Part shown: in pieces, positions 48,069 to 57,420 of the stretch
How positions within the stretch are numbered: position 1 is the stretch's first letter
How the letters are laid out: each line of letters begins with the position of its first letter
NCBI GenBank assembly: GCA_964455675.1
Contig: CAYVYK010000002.1
Coordinates: 71,791-135,790, forward strand
Direction of reading: 5' to 3'
DNA from: an uncultured Methanosarcinales archaeon
Lineage (GTDB): Archaea; Nanobdellota; Nanobdellia; Woesearchaeales; CAYVYK01
DNA length: 64,000 bases
Program-made: the position numbers and the translations under genes
Notes under the pieces: generated by a model
Database searches by the model: none
The model's input: only the letters and a program-made list of their open reading frames with translations
What the model was told of the DNA's origin: nothing

Positions 48069-48881
48069 TTGCATAAACTCTATGATCCAACAAACGGCCC
48101 GATGAAGATTGTTGCGTTTATGTCAGGCTCTGGTACAAATCTTGTGAAGATTCTTGAGAGAGAGGAGGAGCTTATGCGCGAGCGGGGCACCGCTCCGTAT
48201 CATGTAGAAGTGATTTTTTCTGATAATCCAAAGAGTCGAGCTGTGGAGATAGGCAGCTCTTTTGATCGACCAGTGATCGTTCGTGATTTGGAGTCGTATT
48301 GCCAAAGGCGCGATGGCAGAGTGAGGGATCCGGATCTGCGCTTGCAGTTTGATTATGAGACTATTCGGTCGCTCCGCCCCTTTGGGGCAAGTATTGCGGC
48401 GTACGCTGGTTACATGCGTAAAGCATCGCCGCTCCTGGTATCCGCGTTTCTTGGTGTCAACGTGCATCCCGCTGACCTTACAAAGATGAACGGAGAGCGA
48501 AGGCTGTACACGGGTGACCGCGCGGTCGAAGCCGCGATCAGGGCAGGTGAGCCCCATCTGAGGTCTTCCACGCACATCGTCGAGAATCGTGTTGATTATG
48601 GCCAGCTGCTCATGATATCCCCACCTTTGACGGTGAATCCTGAGGATGCCGAATCGCTGCGTTTAGGTAATGATGGAGTGCCTGGAGTGTATCAGAATGC
48701 GCTGAAAAGTGTCGGTGACTGGCTTATCTTTCCTCACACGCTCCAATGGCTCGCGGAGGGCAGGTATGAGATAGATGCGAGGGGAGTGCTACATTTCGAT
48801 ACGCTGGCTGTTCCCGGGGGTCTTCGCCTAGAATCTCCCGATGATGTCGAAAAGCTGAACAATGGGAGGTTTGAACGATGA
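48069..48881 (+). CDS. purN: Phosphoribosylglycinamide formyltransferase-like (PurN family)
   Basis: AFMSGSGTNL, AGYMR, NVHPADL, STH.V...VDYG; probable TTG start. Confidence 0.82.
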   Translation: MHKLYDPTNGPMKIVAFMSGSGTNLVKILEREEELMRERGTAPYHVEVIFSDNPKSRAVEIGSSFDRPVIVRDLESYCQRRDGRVRDPDLRLQFDYETIRSLRPFGASIAAYAGYMRKASPLLVSAFLGVNVHPADLTKMNGERRLYTGDRAVEAAIRAGEPHLRSSTHIVENRVDYGQLLMISPPLTVNPEDAESLRLGNDGVPGVYQNALKSVGDWLIFPHTLQWLAEGRYEIDARGVLHFDTLAVPGGLRLESPDDVEKLNNGRFER

Positions 48882-50350
48882 CTGACGAAAACGACGATCT
48901 TGATCTCGCATCGAGGCTTACGCCGGATGTTCGTGCGGAGCTTGAATTCGGGCTGAAATGCTTTTCTCCCGACGACAGCAAATATTACCCAAAAGTCCGT
49001 GAGCTTGCGGATTTCCTCACGCCGGAAGCGGAGTGGCGCGCGTTTGCGGAGGTGCAGAGAGTTCTCCTTGAGACGCGCGTCGAATTTGGCCAGGCTAAAC
49101 AGTCCCATGTTGATGAAGTAGCTGCTGCGCTTGGAAAAATTAGCCCGCTCAATATGGCGCTCCTTGAGGAACACGTGACAAAGCATGACCAGCTCGCTGT
49201 GCTTGAGGAAATCGGCAGGCATGTCTCTCCTGAGACGAAGGCTATGCTGCATCCAGGAACCACATCGTACGATGTTGTGGACACCGCGCGAGCGTATCTT
49301 TTGAATCGCGCGTGGAAGGAAGTCATGCGCCCGAAGGTGTGTGAGGCAATAACAAAGTTATGCGCAATTGCGGAAGGTACGATTGACTATATGCAGGTCG
49401 GACGTACGCATTTGCAGGACACGTCTCCCGTGTCGTTTGGCGGCCAGATTGCAGGCTACGCCGCGCGCCTTGCCGGTCGAGTTGCCGTCTGTGACAGAGC
49501 GTTTCAAAATCTTCGTGGAAAGGTGAGCGGCATTGTCGGCACCGGCGCTAGCATTCAAATGGTTATTGGAAAGAAGAGTCTGCTGTTTGAAGAGCGCGTG
49601 CTTGAGAAGCTCGGTCTTCGTCCTGATTATACCGCAACCCAGGTAACGCAAAAGGAGCGTTATGTCGACGTGGGTCATGGCATTTCTACGCTCATGGCAG
49701 TGCTTGGTGATTTTGCCCATGATGTTCGGTTGATGTACTCAAGCGCGATCCGTGAGGTTACGAGCCGCGATAACAAGGCTCGTCTCGGCGGATCGAGCGC
49801 TGACGCGACGAAGAATAATCCGATTGAATGGGAAAATATCGAGGGAAAAGTCCCCGTTGTGCTTGCGCACATGCAGGTCTTATACGCGATGGTGCAATCC
49901 GACTTCGAGCGCGACCTTCGAAGTTCCGTTCAGGCAAGGTATTCTCCTGGCCCGATGATCGCGGAAGTGTACGAATCTTTCAAGCGTGCATCAAAGGCGC
50001 TCGATCAGTTTTCCGTCAATGAGGACCGCTTGAGGGATAACCTATTGTCCGTCCGCGCGAACCCAAGCGAAGCCATGGTTGCTATCCTTCGTGGCGAAGC
50101 CTGGGTGCATTACGCGTATGGTGTTGGTCATGATTTCGTAAAGCATGTTGGTAAGAAAGCTCAGAAGGAAGGCCGCATGCTGCTCGAAGTTGCAATGGAA
50201 GATCAGCAATTCCACGAACTGTACGATCGGTTACCAGATCATAAGCAGCGCATTCTTCGCGGAGAGCTGGAATTGTATCTTGGTCACTCAAAAGAGCTGG
50301 CCGCAAAGAATATTTTGTTTGCCAGGAATGTGATGAGCATTACATATTGA
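48878..50350 (+). CDS. purB: Adenylosuccinate lyase
   Basis: TKHD, HPGTTSYD, GRTHLQ, GIVGT, variant signature GGSSADATKNNP. Confidence 0.85.
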   Translation: MTDENDDLDLASRLTPDVRAELEFGLKCFSPDDSKYYPKVRELADFLTPEAEWRAFAEVQRVLLETRVEFGQAKQSHVDEVAAALGKISPLNMALLEEHVTKHDQLAVLEEIGRHVSPETKAMLHPGTTSYDVVDTARAYLLNRAWKEVMRPKVCEAITKLCAIAEGTIDYMQVGRTHLQDTSPVSFGGQIAGYAARLAGRVAVCDRAFQNLRGKVSGIVGTGASIQMVIGKKSLLFEERVLEKLGLRPDYTATQVTQKERYVDVGHGISTLMAVLGDFAHDVRLMYSSAIREVTSRDNKARLGGSSADATKNNPIEWENIEGKVPVVLAHMQVLYAMVQSDFERDLRSSVQARYSPGPMIAEVYESFKRASKALDQFSVNEDRLRDNLLSVRANPSEAMVAILRGEAWVHYAYGVGHDFVKHVGKKAQKEGRMLLEVAMEDQQFHELYDRLPDHKQRILRGELELYLGHSKELAAKNILFARNVMSITY

Positions 50351-50375
50351 GGAACATATTGAGGAGGTTGCTGAT

Positions 50376-51065
50376 ATGCAGATTCGCCCGATTGTTGGTG
50401 GAGTAACTGATGTTATTCCAGTAAAGAATGTCTTAGTAAGCGTTGGTGATAAGAGGGGTCTTGATAATCTGGCAAGGGGCCTTTGTGAGGCTTGCCCGAA
50501 TGTTCGTTTCCTGTCGACCGGGGGTACGTATACCGCCCTTAAAAGTGTTGTTCCAGAGTCGCAAGTGCAAAGTGTCGAGGAGTATACAGGATTTCCTGAA
50601 ATGGAGGGAGGTCTAGTTAAGACTCTGCATCCCAAGATTCATGCGGGCATACTTGGTGAGCGCAATAATCCTGCCCATCAGGAGTACTTGCGAAACATGG
50701 ATGGGGAGTTCATTGATCTTGTTATTGTCAATCTCTACCCGTTCCGAGCTGTGGCGGGTAAGCCGGATGCGCAGTTTGAGGAGGCGCGTGGCAATATTGA
50801 TATTGGCGGTCCGACGATGATTCGCGCTGCCGCGAAGAACTTTCCAAGCTGCGGTGTGGTCGCGGATCCTCTTGATTATGTGCCGCTTGTGAATAAGCTG
50901 CGCGACAACAAGGGGAGTACCACGCTCGAGGACAGGTTCCGTCTTGCAGTAACCGCATTTGGGCTCATCGCTCAGTATGATGAAGCGATCGCGCATTACC
51001 TTGCGGCAGAGATTAGCTCAAATGGACCAAAGATTATGAAAGGATATGTGGGGGAAGGACAATGA
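50376..51065 (+). CDS. purH: IMP cyclohydrolase (PurH N-terminal half)
   Basis: LVSVGDK, STGGT, GFPEMEGGLVKTLHPKIHAGIL, NLYPF, IDIGGPTMIRAAAKN. Confidence 0.92.
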   Translation: MQIRPIVGGVTDVIPVKNVLVSVGDKRGLDNLARGLCEACPNVRFLSTGGTYTALKSVVPESQVQSVEEYTGFPEMEGGLVKTLHPKIHAGILGERNNPAHQEYLRNMDGEFIDLVIVNLYPFRAVAGKPDAQFEEARGNIDIGGPTMIRAAAKNFPSCGVVADPLDYVPLVNKLRDNKGSTTLEDRFRLAVTAFGLIAQYDEAIAHYLAAEISSNGPKIMKGYVGEGQ

Positions 51066-52186
51066 CTGATATCTCGGCCATGAAAAGAAAGTATCGCACG
51101 CCCCAGCAGGCAGAATTTCCCGATGAATTGTTCGTTCGCCTCCGTAAGTTTGCCCCGCTTAGGTACGGCGAGAACCCAAACCAGGCAGGCGCCACATATG
51201 TGATTGACATAGAGGGTGAATCTCCTCTCGTCCCGCTCGAGCTTGTCAAGTCAGGCAAAGGCGGATGGTCAGCAATTAACTTCATGGACGTTGTTCGCGC
51301 GCTTGACATCCTCAAGTATTTTAACGCTCCATCATGGGCCGTGATGAAGCATTGTGTTCCCTCTGGTTTTGCGACGATGGTCAATGGACTTGAGCCTTTT
51401 GAGGTGTATGAGGCGGCGCGCGACGCGGACAAGAGGAGTGCGTTTGGAAGCGTCGTCGTGACGAACGTATCTATCGATAAGGTAACAGCTGAGGCGATTC
51501 TCTCAACCTATGTTGAAGCTGTTGCGGCGCCAGAGTTTGAACAGGGCGTGATGCCAATGTTTGATGCGAAGAAAGACATGAGAGTCATTAAGTTTTCCAA
51601 TCTGCATAATCTCCCGAGATTTGACGGTGACGACGTGAAGTTTGGATTTAACCTTATTGGTCTTCCCGGTGGGTATGTTCTGGCAGAGCAGCCGTATCTG
51701 ACGTCAATCAGGTCAGCGTCTGACCTCATCACGGATGGTATGGTTATGCAGGAGAACGTGAGATATCAAGTGAATAGGAATCCAACACCTCGCGAACTTC
51801 AGGATATGCTCACCGCATGGTACGTGAATTTTGGCGTGCGAAGCAACGGTATCGTGCTGCTTCGGAATGGGATCACGCTCGCTGTGGGATCTGGCCAGCA
51901 GGAGCGTGTCGGTGCAATCGAGCAGGCGATCGCGAAAGCTGTCGATAAGTGCTATGATTGGTCGCGACATGCGAAAACCTCAACTGAGTATCCGCTGTCA
52001 GGCGCGGTCTGCTCGTCCGACGGATTTTTTCCTTTCCGTGACTCAATCGATCTTTTGTCAGAGCAGAATGTGTCCGCTGTTGTGCAGCCTGGAGGATCAT
52101 TGCGCGATTATGAAGTGATTCACGCGGCAAATGAGCGCGGAATGTCGATGGCATTCACGCTCGAGCGCTGTTTTGGGCACTTCTGA
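51062..52186 (+). CDS. purH: AICAR transformylase (PurH C-terminal half)
   Basis: LRYGENPNQ, MKH..P.G, SAFG, SNGI, GQQERV, SDGFFPF.D, QPGGSLRD, R.F.H. Confidence 0.92.
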   Translation: MTDISAMKRKYRTPQQAEFPDELFVRLRKFAPLRYGENPNQAGATYVIDIEGESPLVPLELVKSGKGGWSAINFMDVVRALDILKYFNAPSWAVMKHCVPSGFATMVNGLEPFEVYEAARDADKRSAFGSVVVTNVSIDKVTAEAILSTYVEAVAAPEFEQGVMPMFDAKKDMRVIKFSNLHNLPRFDGDDVKFGFNLIGLPGGYVLAEQPYLTSIRSASDLITDGMVMQENVRYQVNRNPTPRELQDMLTAWYVNFGVRSNGIVLLRNGITLAVGSGQQERVGAIEQAIAKAVDKCYDWSRHAKTSTEYPLSGAVCSSDGFFPFRDSIDLLSEQNVSAVVQPGGSLRDYEVIHAANERGMSMAFTLERCFGHF

Positions 52187-52263
52187 ATGAAGAAACATGA
52201 ACGAGTGGTCTAGGATCTGCCCTTACTGACATTCATAAGTATTGCACTACTCTTTTTATCCGT

Positions 52264-52719
52264 CTAACGACGGATTATCTGTGCATCGACGCAAGTCTTT
52301 TCAAGCGTGGCAACGGCCTTCAAAATTCGCGCCTGCCGATAGAACACACTCCAGTTTGCACGCCCAAGCCCTCGTATCGCATCGATGACCGGTTGATAGG
52401 GAGAACCTTCGTATCGACAGTAATCAAATCCTAGGCATATCGGCAGTCTGCGAATTCCTGGAACAACTGGATCGTCCGGCTTTCGTTCTCCCGACATGAA
52501 CTCCTCCATCTCTCGCACCTGGGATCGTCGCAGCATGGGCACTCCATATGAATGGTATAGTGGGTCTTTGTGGACAAGAGTGAGAATGTCAACCCCTAGT
52601 CGCCTGGAGGGAACATAGAGGATGTTGTGCTCAACGTTCCTCGCCTGAAATCCTATTGAACCATACGGATCTGGAAATGCTTCATGATTCGTCATGAGGA
52701 TATGCAAGAGCTCAACCAT
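52264..52719 (-). CDS. Hypothetical protein
   Basis: 151-aa ORF with an upstream TATA-like box; no motif recognised. Confidence 0.55.
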   Translation of the reverse strand: MVELLHILMTNHEAFPDPYGSIGFQARNVEHNILYVPSRRLGVDILTLVHKDPLYHSYGVPMLRRSQVREMEEFMSGERKPDDPVVPGIRRLPICLGFDYCRYEGSPYQPVIDAIRGLGRANWSVFYRQARILKAVATLEKTCVDAQIIRR

Positions 52720-52821
52720 GTATTTGACCGAGAGTACGAATCACCTTTTATGCGTTTGGATTCGAGAAGGATGCAGAATTAGGAGAATGATTTAATAGAA
52801 AAAAAGAAAAAGTGGCAGGGT

Positions 52822-53436
52822 TTAATCCGCCGGTTTGTCAGTCGGTCGTGCGCCCGCATAGCGAGCTTGCACGGTCGATGTCGCTGCCTGAAATTTTTCC
52901 GCAACGTACGGGACGAGCCTGACAAGCGCAGGGATTGAAGCAATCATCTTCATGTAGCGGTTTCCAAAGAGCATCGCTCCAGCAACTCCGAAGCTCACGG
53001 CCTTTCCGACCATGACTCCTTCAGTATATGGCTGGCTCTGGTTCATGCGTTCCTTCTTTGTTCCTGTCCATGCTTCCACAGTTCCGTCGATGAATCCTAC
53101 GACGTCAGGATCAGTGAGCGCCATCTTGTCGAGTTGTCCGTCTACGTCCTTGGCAGCTTCTCCAATCGCCGCCCCAACCTTCTTCACGTCTCCCTTGACA
53201 TGCTGGTATGGCTCAACGACTGCTCGCTGGAAGTATGGACTTTCAACTCCTTTTTTCACGGTCTCAGATACTGCGTCGTATCCTTTTGCTGCGACAGCAC
53301 TGACATCAGCTGCGATTTGTACAACGGTTTCATAGCCGATATCGGCTGCTCGCTCGAGCATACCGACGACTCCTCCGCCGCTTGCGGTCATCGTAGCGTT
53401 GCGTATTTGTGCTCCTAGGTCTTCAGAATCTGTCAT
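52822..53436 (-). CDS. Hypothetical Ala/Val-rich protein with C-terminal hydrophobic segment
   Basis: SD GGAGGT, TTTAAATA box upstream, T-rich tract downstream. Confidence 0.65.
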   Translation of the reverse strand: MTDSEDLGAQIRNATMTASGGGVVGMLERAADIGYETVVQIAADVSAVAAKGYDAVSETVKKGVESPYFQRAVVEPYQHVKGDVKKVGAAIGEAAKDVDGQLDKMALTDPDVVGFIDGTVEAWTGTKKERMNQSQPYTEGVMVGKAVSFGVAGAMLFGNRYMKMIASIPALVRLVPYVAEKFQAATSTVQARYAGARPTDKPAD

Positions 53437-53525
53437 AATGATCAACCTCCGAGGGCATGTAGCATGATGGCGTATTTAAAGATGGTGAGCGCTTTTTTTT
53501 CAAAAAGCAAGTGATGAGTTCGTGA

Positions 53526-54146
53526 TCATGTAACTTCTTCCTTGAAGATTTTCTGCGAGATCTTGTAGATGCCGTACGCAATGAAGTATCCGGCGAGGAT
53601 GTCAATCGAATAGTGCACGTGCATGATGAGGAGGATGATTGCTACTACGACTGATCCGATGGTAAGCGCCCATTTCAGCCATGGCTTGCGGATGATGAGT
53701 GATGCGAGGAATACTGAGCTCACATGCCCTGAGAAGAAGAGGTCCTGAGTGTAATAGTACGAGGAAAAAAGAGGGTCTACTGTCCCATCGGTTGATGCAG
53801 ACGGAGGGACTCCAAGGTGCGTTAGGTTGATCGCAAGGGCCCTCAGTAAAAACAGGAGCGCAAGCGCCTTCATGAAGTATGGCAGCCGCTCGGGTTCATT
53901 GGAAGCAAGTCCAAAGAATATGCAGAGGAGAATAGCGTACATGAGCGCGACAAGGAGGGGATCAAGATTGATCGTGGGGATATGATCAAGAATGAGGTCA
54001 TGAACTGGCGTCGTGTCCGCGCGTTCCGCGATGGACGCCGCGAAACGCTGGATTTCAAATGCCGCATACAGCACGGCAAGGCTGATGATGAGATTGATGG
54101 CCCATGTTTTGTTCGAAAGAAGGCCCCGTATCTTTTCAAACATCAT
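53526..54146 (-). CDS. PAP2 superfamily membrane enzyme (sphingomyelin synthase-like PAP2_C)
   Basis: DLILDHIP, LLRA..I.LT, DLFFSGH, HVHYSIDILAG; multiple TM helices. Confidence 0.85.
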   Translation of the reverse strand: MMFEKIRGLLSNKTWAINLIISLAVLYAAFEIQRFAASIAERADTTPVHDLILDHIPTINLDPLLVALMYAILLCIFFGLASNEPERLPYFMKALALLFLLRALAINLTHLGVPPSASTDGTVDPLFSSYYYTQDLFFSGHVSSVFLASLIIRKPWLKWALTIGSVVVAIILLIMHVHYSIDILAGYFIAYGIYKISQKIFKEEVT

Positions 54147-54198
54147 GCCTCACGCTTCAGAAGAATGGGTTTTTATAGTTATTGGAATCTAGCTTTTC

Positions 54199-54543
54199 GT
54201 GGAAAACCAAGGTTATGTCTTGTTTTATAGCGAGAAGGATCTGGCGCGTGCTGTAAAGCCTGCACTGATGGAAGCCTATCTAGAGGGGTCGCGAATCGAT
54301 ACTGCCGGAAATCTCGACGCGCTCATCGCTCTTGCATCCCGCAGTAATCCAAGGGTTGTTGTATGTGATGATGCGTGCAATGCTTCTGTTGTGAGAAGTC
54401 TTCGGGCATCAGGGTACAAGGGACCGGTAGTTGCTGCTCTGCAGGGAGTAAATGAAGATGAGGCGTTAGCCCTTGGTGTTACAAGACTCGCGAAAAGTGC
54501 AATGTCATATGACCTTGCGGATGCAGTTAGGCAGTTTCTTTAG
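54199..54543 (+). CDS. Degenerate receiver-like domain protein
   Basis: Flavodoxin-like pattern P.VVVCD...LRASGYKGPVVA...ALALGV...K; N-terminal DD pair missing. Confidence 0.55.
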   Translation: MENQGYVLFYSEKDLARAVKPALMEAYLEGSRIDTAGNLDALIALASRSNPRVVVCDDACNASVVRSLRASGYKGPVVAALQGVNEDEALALGVTRLAKSAMSYDLADAVRQFL

Positions 54544-55516
54544 GCGCTAGTGACACCATGTACCTGCTCTTGTGCGATTTTACGACGGTAGAATAGGAGA
54601 ATTGCCTGATCTTTCCCTTGAACCTGTTGAGCGTCTTTTGCATGATCGCAAGGAACTCGGTCTGGTCCTGCGCGATAAACCGAAACTCAAGGTCTGCTCC
54701 ATTGAATGTTGAATAGAACTCCGATAATCCATCATGGTTCTTGATGTATTCGATGAGCCCTCGTCTGATGCTCATGTCGTCGAGCATGATCTCGACGAGG
54801 AATGAGACATATCCTATCCTTCGGTACCGGATGCTAGTCTTGTATCCGAGGATGATGCCCGTCTTCTCGAGCTTCTTGATACGTGCCGCAACCGCCGTCG
54901 ATGTCATCTGGCCTTTAAGGCTGATTTGCACGAGATGTGTTCGTGAGTCTTCCGATAACGTATTGATGATTTCTCGGTCTGCTTTGTCAAGCGTGCATCG
55001 AATGTCGCGCTGGGTAATCACGAGCGGATATTTCTCGGCCTCGCTTGAATAGAGGAACCTCTGGGGGTAGAGCTCATATCCATGTACAATGAGCATCTTG
55101 TATGTGTCGATGCAGTTGCAGTATTGGGCTTTGAACTCATCCCATATCTTTGAGAATGCGCTCGCGTCTTTTAGGAGGAATGATACTGCAAGGTCGTAAT
55201 TCCCGTCAAGCTCCATGATGGAATGGCATTCCTCTTTTCCGGCGAAGAAGAGCGCGATCTGGTCAAGGAGCTCAGGATAGATGTTTTCAAATTTTACGTA
55301 TGCGAGGAATTTTCGAAGGCCAAGTTTGTCATAGTCCACGACAGCGTTATTTCCGATGATGACACCGTTCATGATGAGTTGATTGATCCGGTATCTCACG
55401 AATTGAGGGCTTTTCCTGATCTCTTTGCCGATTTTGGTATCGGACTGCCTGCTGTTCTCATCAAGGAGGCTGATGATTCGCCTGTCCTTCACGTCAAGCT
55501 TGACGGGCTCTTGCAT
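54527..55516 (-). CDS. Tandem-domain Lrp/AsnC transcriptional regulator
   Basis: LDVKDRRIISLLDENSR and LDKADREIINTLSEDSR duplicated HTHs. Confidence 0.88.
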   Translation of the reverse strand: MQEPVKLDVKDRRIISLLDENSRQSDTKIGKEIRKSPQFVRYRINQLIMNGVIIGNNAVVDYDKLGLRKFLAYVKFENIYPELLDQIALFFAGKEECHSIMELDGNYDLAVSFLLKDASAFSKIWDEFKAQYCNCIDTYKMLIVHGYELYPQRFLYSSEAEKYPLVITQRDIRCTLDKADREIINTLSEDSRTHLVQISLKGQMTSTAVAARIKKLEKTGIILGYKTSIRYRRIGYVSFLVEIMLDDMSIRRGLIEYIKNHDGLSEFYSTFNGADLEFRFIAQDQTEFLAIMQKTLNRFKGKIRQFSYSTVVKSHKSRYMVSLAPKETA

Positions 55517-55658
55517 GTTTTTGTAAAATGATAGTTCATTTATAAAGATATCTGGGATTTTTAAAAAATACGCTTGAATGATCAGGCTGGCTCGTATTTT
55601 GTTTCTGGTGAATTGTACTGCAGAATGCTTATATATGATCCGCACAAATGGTTACCTC

Positions 55659-56408
55659 ATGGATCCCATCGTTGAAGCGGGAAGGAGAATTGCCGCAGGT
55701 CATGCCGCGCGCGTGGCGACAAGAGTGCTCGGCCGAGGAATCTCGGTTGCGTTTCTTGCGCTCGGTGCGTACCAAGCTGGCAAAACCGTGTATGAGTATG
55801 TCAGACAACCAGGGTATGGCGGTAAGATTTCCGCTCTTGATGATGACCTTACCGCGCTCGCTGACGCAGAGCGCTGGATTGGCACGGATGAGTATCGCGT
55901 GAACCAGGTATCTCGAATCTATAATGACGCAATTCATGTTCTTGGCCGTCGAAGGATCTTTCGCACACCATGTCCTTCGTATGAAAGAACGCAAGGCAGC
56001 AAGCCAAATGCGGAATACCATCTTGATCCGCTCGCCGAGATTGTTGAAGGCCCCGTTGTGGAGCCTCACACGGGAAGGGCAAAGCTGCTCATTGTCGACG
56101 CCGTGTCCGCGCTAAGCAGTCTTCATTCCGATCTTTCAAGGCAGTCAATAGATGAGCGTGCGCTGCTTGTAGAGCGCTTGCTCGGTGTAGAGCAAATGCT
56201 TCCGCAGTATCACATGCCCGGCGCTTCATATGAGGAACATCAGCACGCGTTGTTTGCGATCTCGCGTGATATCAGCTCGATGATTCCAGGGTATGAGAAA
56301 GCACTGCATGAGATTCGTGCGGAAAGTACGCGAAGGGCTGTTGCGTGCGGCCTAAGGGGCGCTGCTGCATTCATTGCGGGCCCGTTGACAAATCAGAAAT
56401 CTGGGTAA
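55659..56408 (+). CDS. Hypothetical protein
   Basis: 249-aa ORF after a TTATATA box; one N-terminal hydrophobic segment. Confidence 0.55.
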   Translation: MDPIVEAGRRIAAGHAARVATRVLGRGISVAFLALGAYQAGKTVYEYVRQPGYGGKISALDDDLTALADAERWIGTDEYRVNQVSRIYNDAIHVLGRRRIFRTPCPSYERTQGSKPNAEYHLDPLAEIVEGPVVEPHTGRAKLLIVDAVSALSSLHSDLSRQSIDERALLVERLLGVEQMLPQYHMPGASYEEHQHALFAISRDISSMIPGYEKALHEIRAESTRRAVACGLRGAAAFIAGPLTNQKSG

Positions 56409-56423
56409 GTGACCCTTCAAAGA

Positions 56424-56855
56424 CTAACGTGCATAGAGATTGAGACGATCTGGTGTGCATTCGAGTGTCACAAGAGAGGGTAAGGTGATGGTTGTCATAT
56501 TGAGGTCTTCTCGCTGTCCGCAGCCGTGAATTGCCGACTGGAGTGTGTCGCACCAGTTGAGCTCTTTTTGCTGTACAAATATGCCTTCTTTCGTGAGGTT
56601 TCCGGTTCCAGTGACGTAGAGGTTAACACTTGGACCCTGCTTGAAACCGCATTCTTTCCAGAGAATATTCATCCGTTCGATCAGTTCTGCTGGAGTGATG
56701 GTGTCAAATTCCGTGATGTTTTCTCGTCCTGTGATTTCCCTGCCAATCGTTTCTGCGTCCTTCGTAAAGTCCCATCCAGTGATGAAGCTGATGAGGAGAA
56801 ACGCTATGATGATACCAACAGCAAGTGTTATGACGACAGATACTGCGAGTTTCAT
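56424..56855 (-). CDS. Pilin-like N-terminally anchored protein
   Basis: MKLAVSVVITLAVGIIIAFLLISF helix; conserved Cys; ATGA-coupled. Confidence 0.7.
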   Translation of the reverse strand: MKLAVSVVITLAVGIIIAFLLISFITGWDFTKDAETIGREITGRENITEFDTITPAELIERMNILWKECGFKQGPSVNLYVTGTGNLTKEGIFVQQKELNWCDTLQSAIHGCGQREDLNMTTITLPSLVTLECTPDRLNLYAR

Positions 56856-57280
56856 GGTTGAATCCAAAGCGTTGCGTTGCTGCACTTCATCTCAAAGAGT
56901 ATCGGTGGAGATAGAAGGGGGAATGACATGAATGTTTCTCCGCTGCTGCAGTTCTGCTCTGCTGATTGTAGTGTACCGCAAAGGCTGAGGTTTTTCACCG
57001 TGAGGAAAAAATCTCTCTTGGTGTAGTTCTGCTCTCCAAGCAGATGAATGGCTATTGAGGTATTTCGGTCCGTTGCTTTGCATTCCGTGTAGAATTGGAG
57101 CGCCACGCGCACAAATTCATTCCTCTCGATATCGACGTACCTTGGTGATTCTTTCCCAAGAAGCGATTCACTGATATGTTCATAGATGCCTTTGTAGTTC
57201 CAGTCCGCAAAGAATCCAATCACAAGCGCCCCAAGGATCACAGCTGCGATGAAGTAGACGGCGATTTCCACCGCATTCAT
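56852..57280 (-). CDS. Pilin-like N-terminally anchored protein
   Basis: MNAVEIAVYFIAAVILGALVIGFF helix with Glu5; paralog of the adjacent gene. Confidence 0.7.
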   Translation of the reverse strand: MNAVEIAVYFIAAVILGALVIGFFADWNYKGIYEHISESLLGKESPRYVDIERNEFVRVALQFYTECKATDRNTSIAIHLLGEQNYTKRDFFLTVKNLSLCGTLQSAEQNCSSGETFMSFPLLSPPILFEMKCSNATLWIQP

Positions 57281-57369
57281 GGAAGCACCTGATTGACCTT
57301 ATAGATCATGATTCCGACAGCGATGAGCGCAATCACAAGCCCGATAATCATCATAATAGTCCTGTTCAT
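57277..57369 (-). CDS. 30-aa single-TM micropeptide (absent from ORF track)
   Basis: MNRTIMMIIGLVIALIAVGIMIYKVNQVLP; its TGA overlaps the next ATG; TTTTTATA about 25 nt upstream. Confidence 0.65.
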   Translation of the reverse strand: MNRTIMMIIGLVIALIAVGIMIYKVNQVLP

Positions 57370-57420
57370 TGTGTACTCATTCGTGATGTGTGTATAAAAA
57401 TATTGCGTAGCGTATGGTCC

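Noticed and set aside
51040..51080. purH split as a pseudogene
   Set aside because: Both halves keep their catalytic motifs and show ATGA coupling with an SD.
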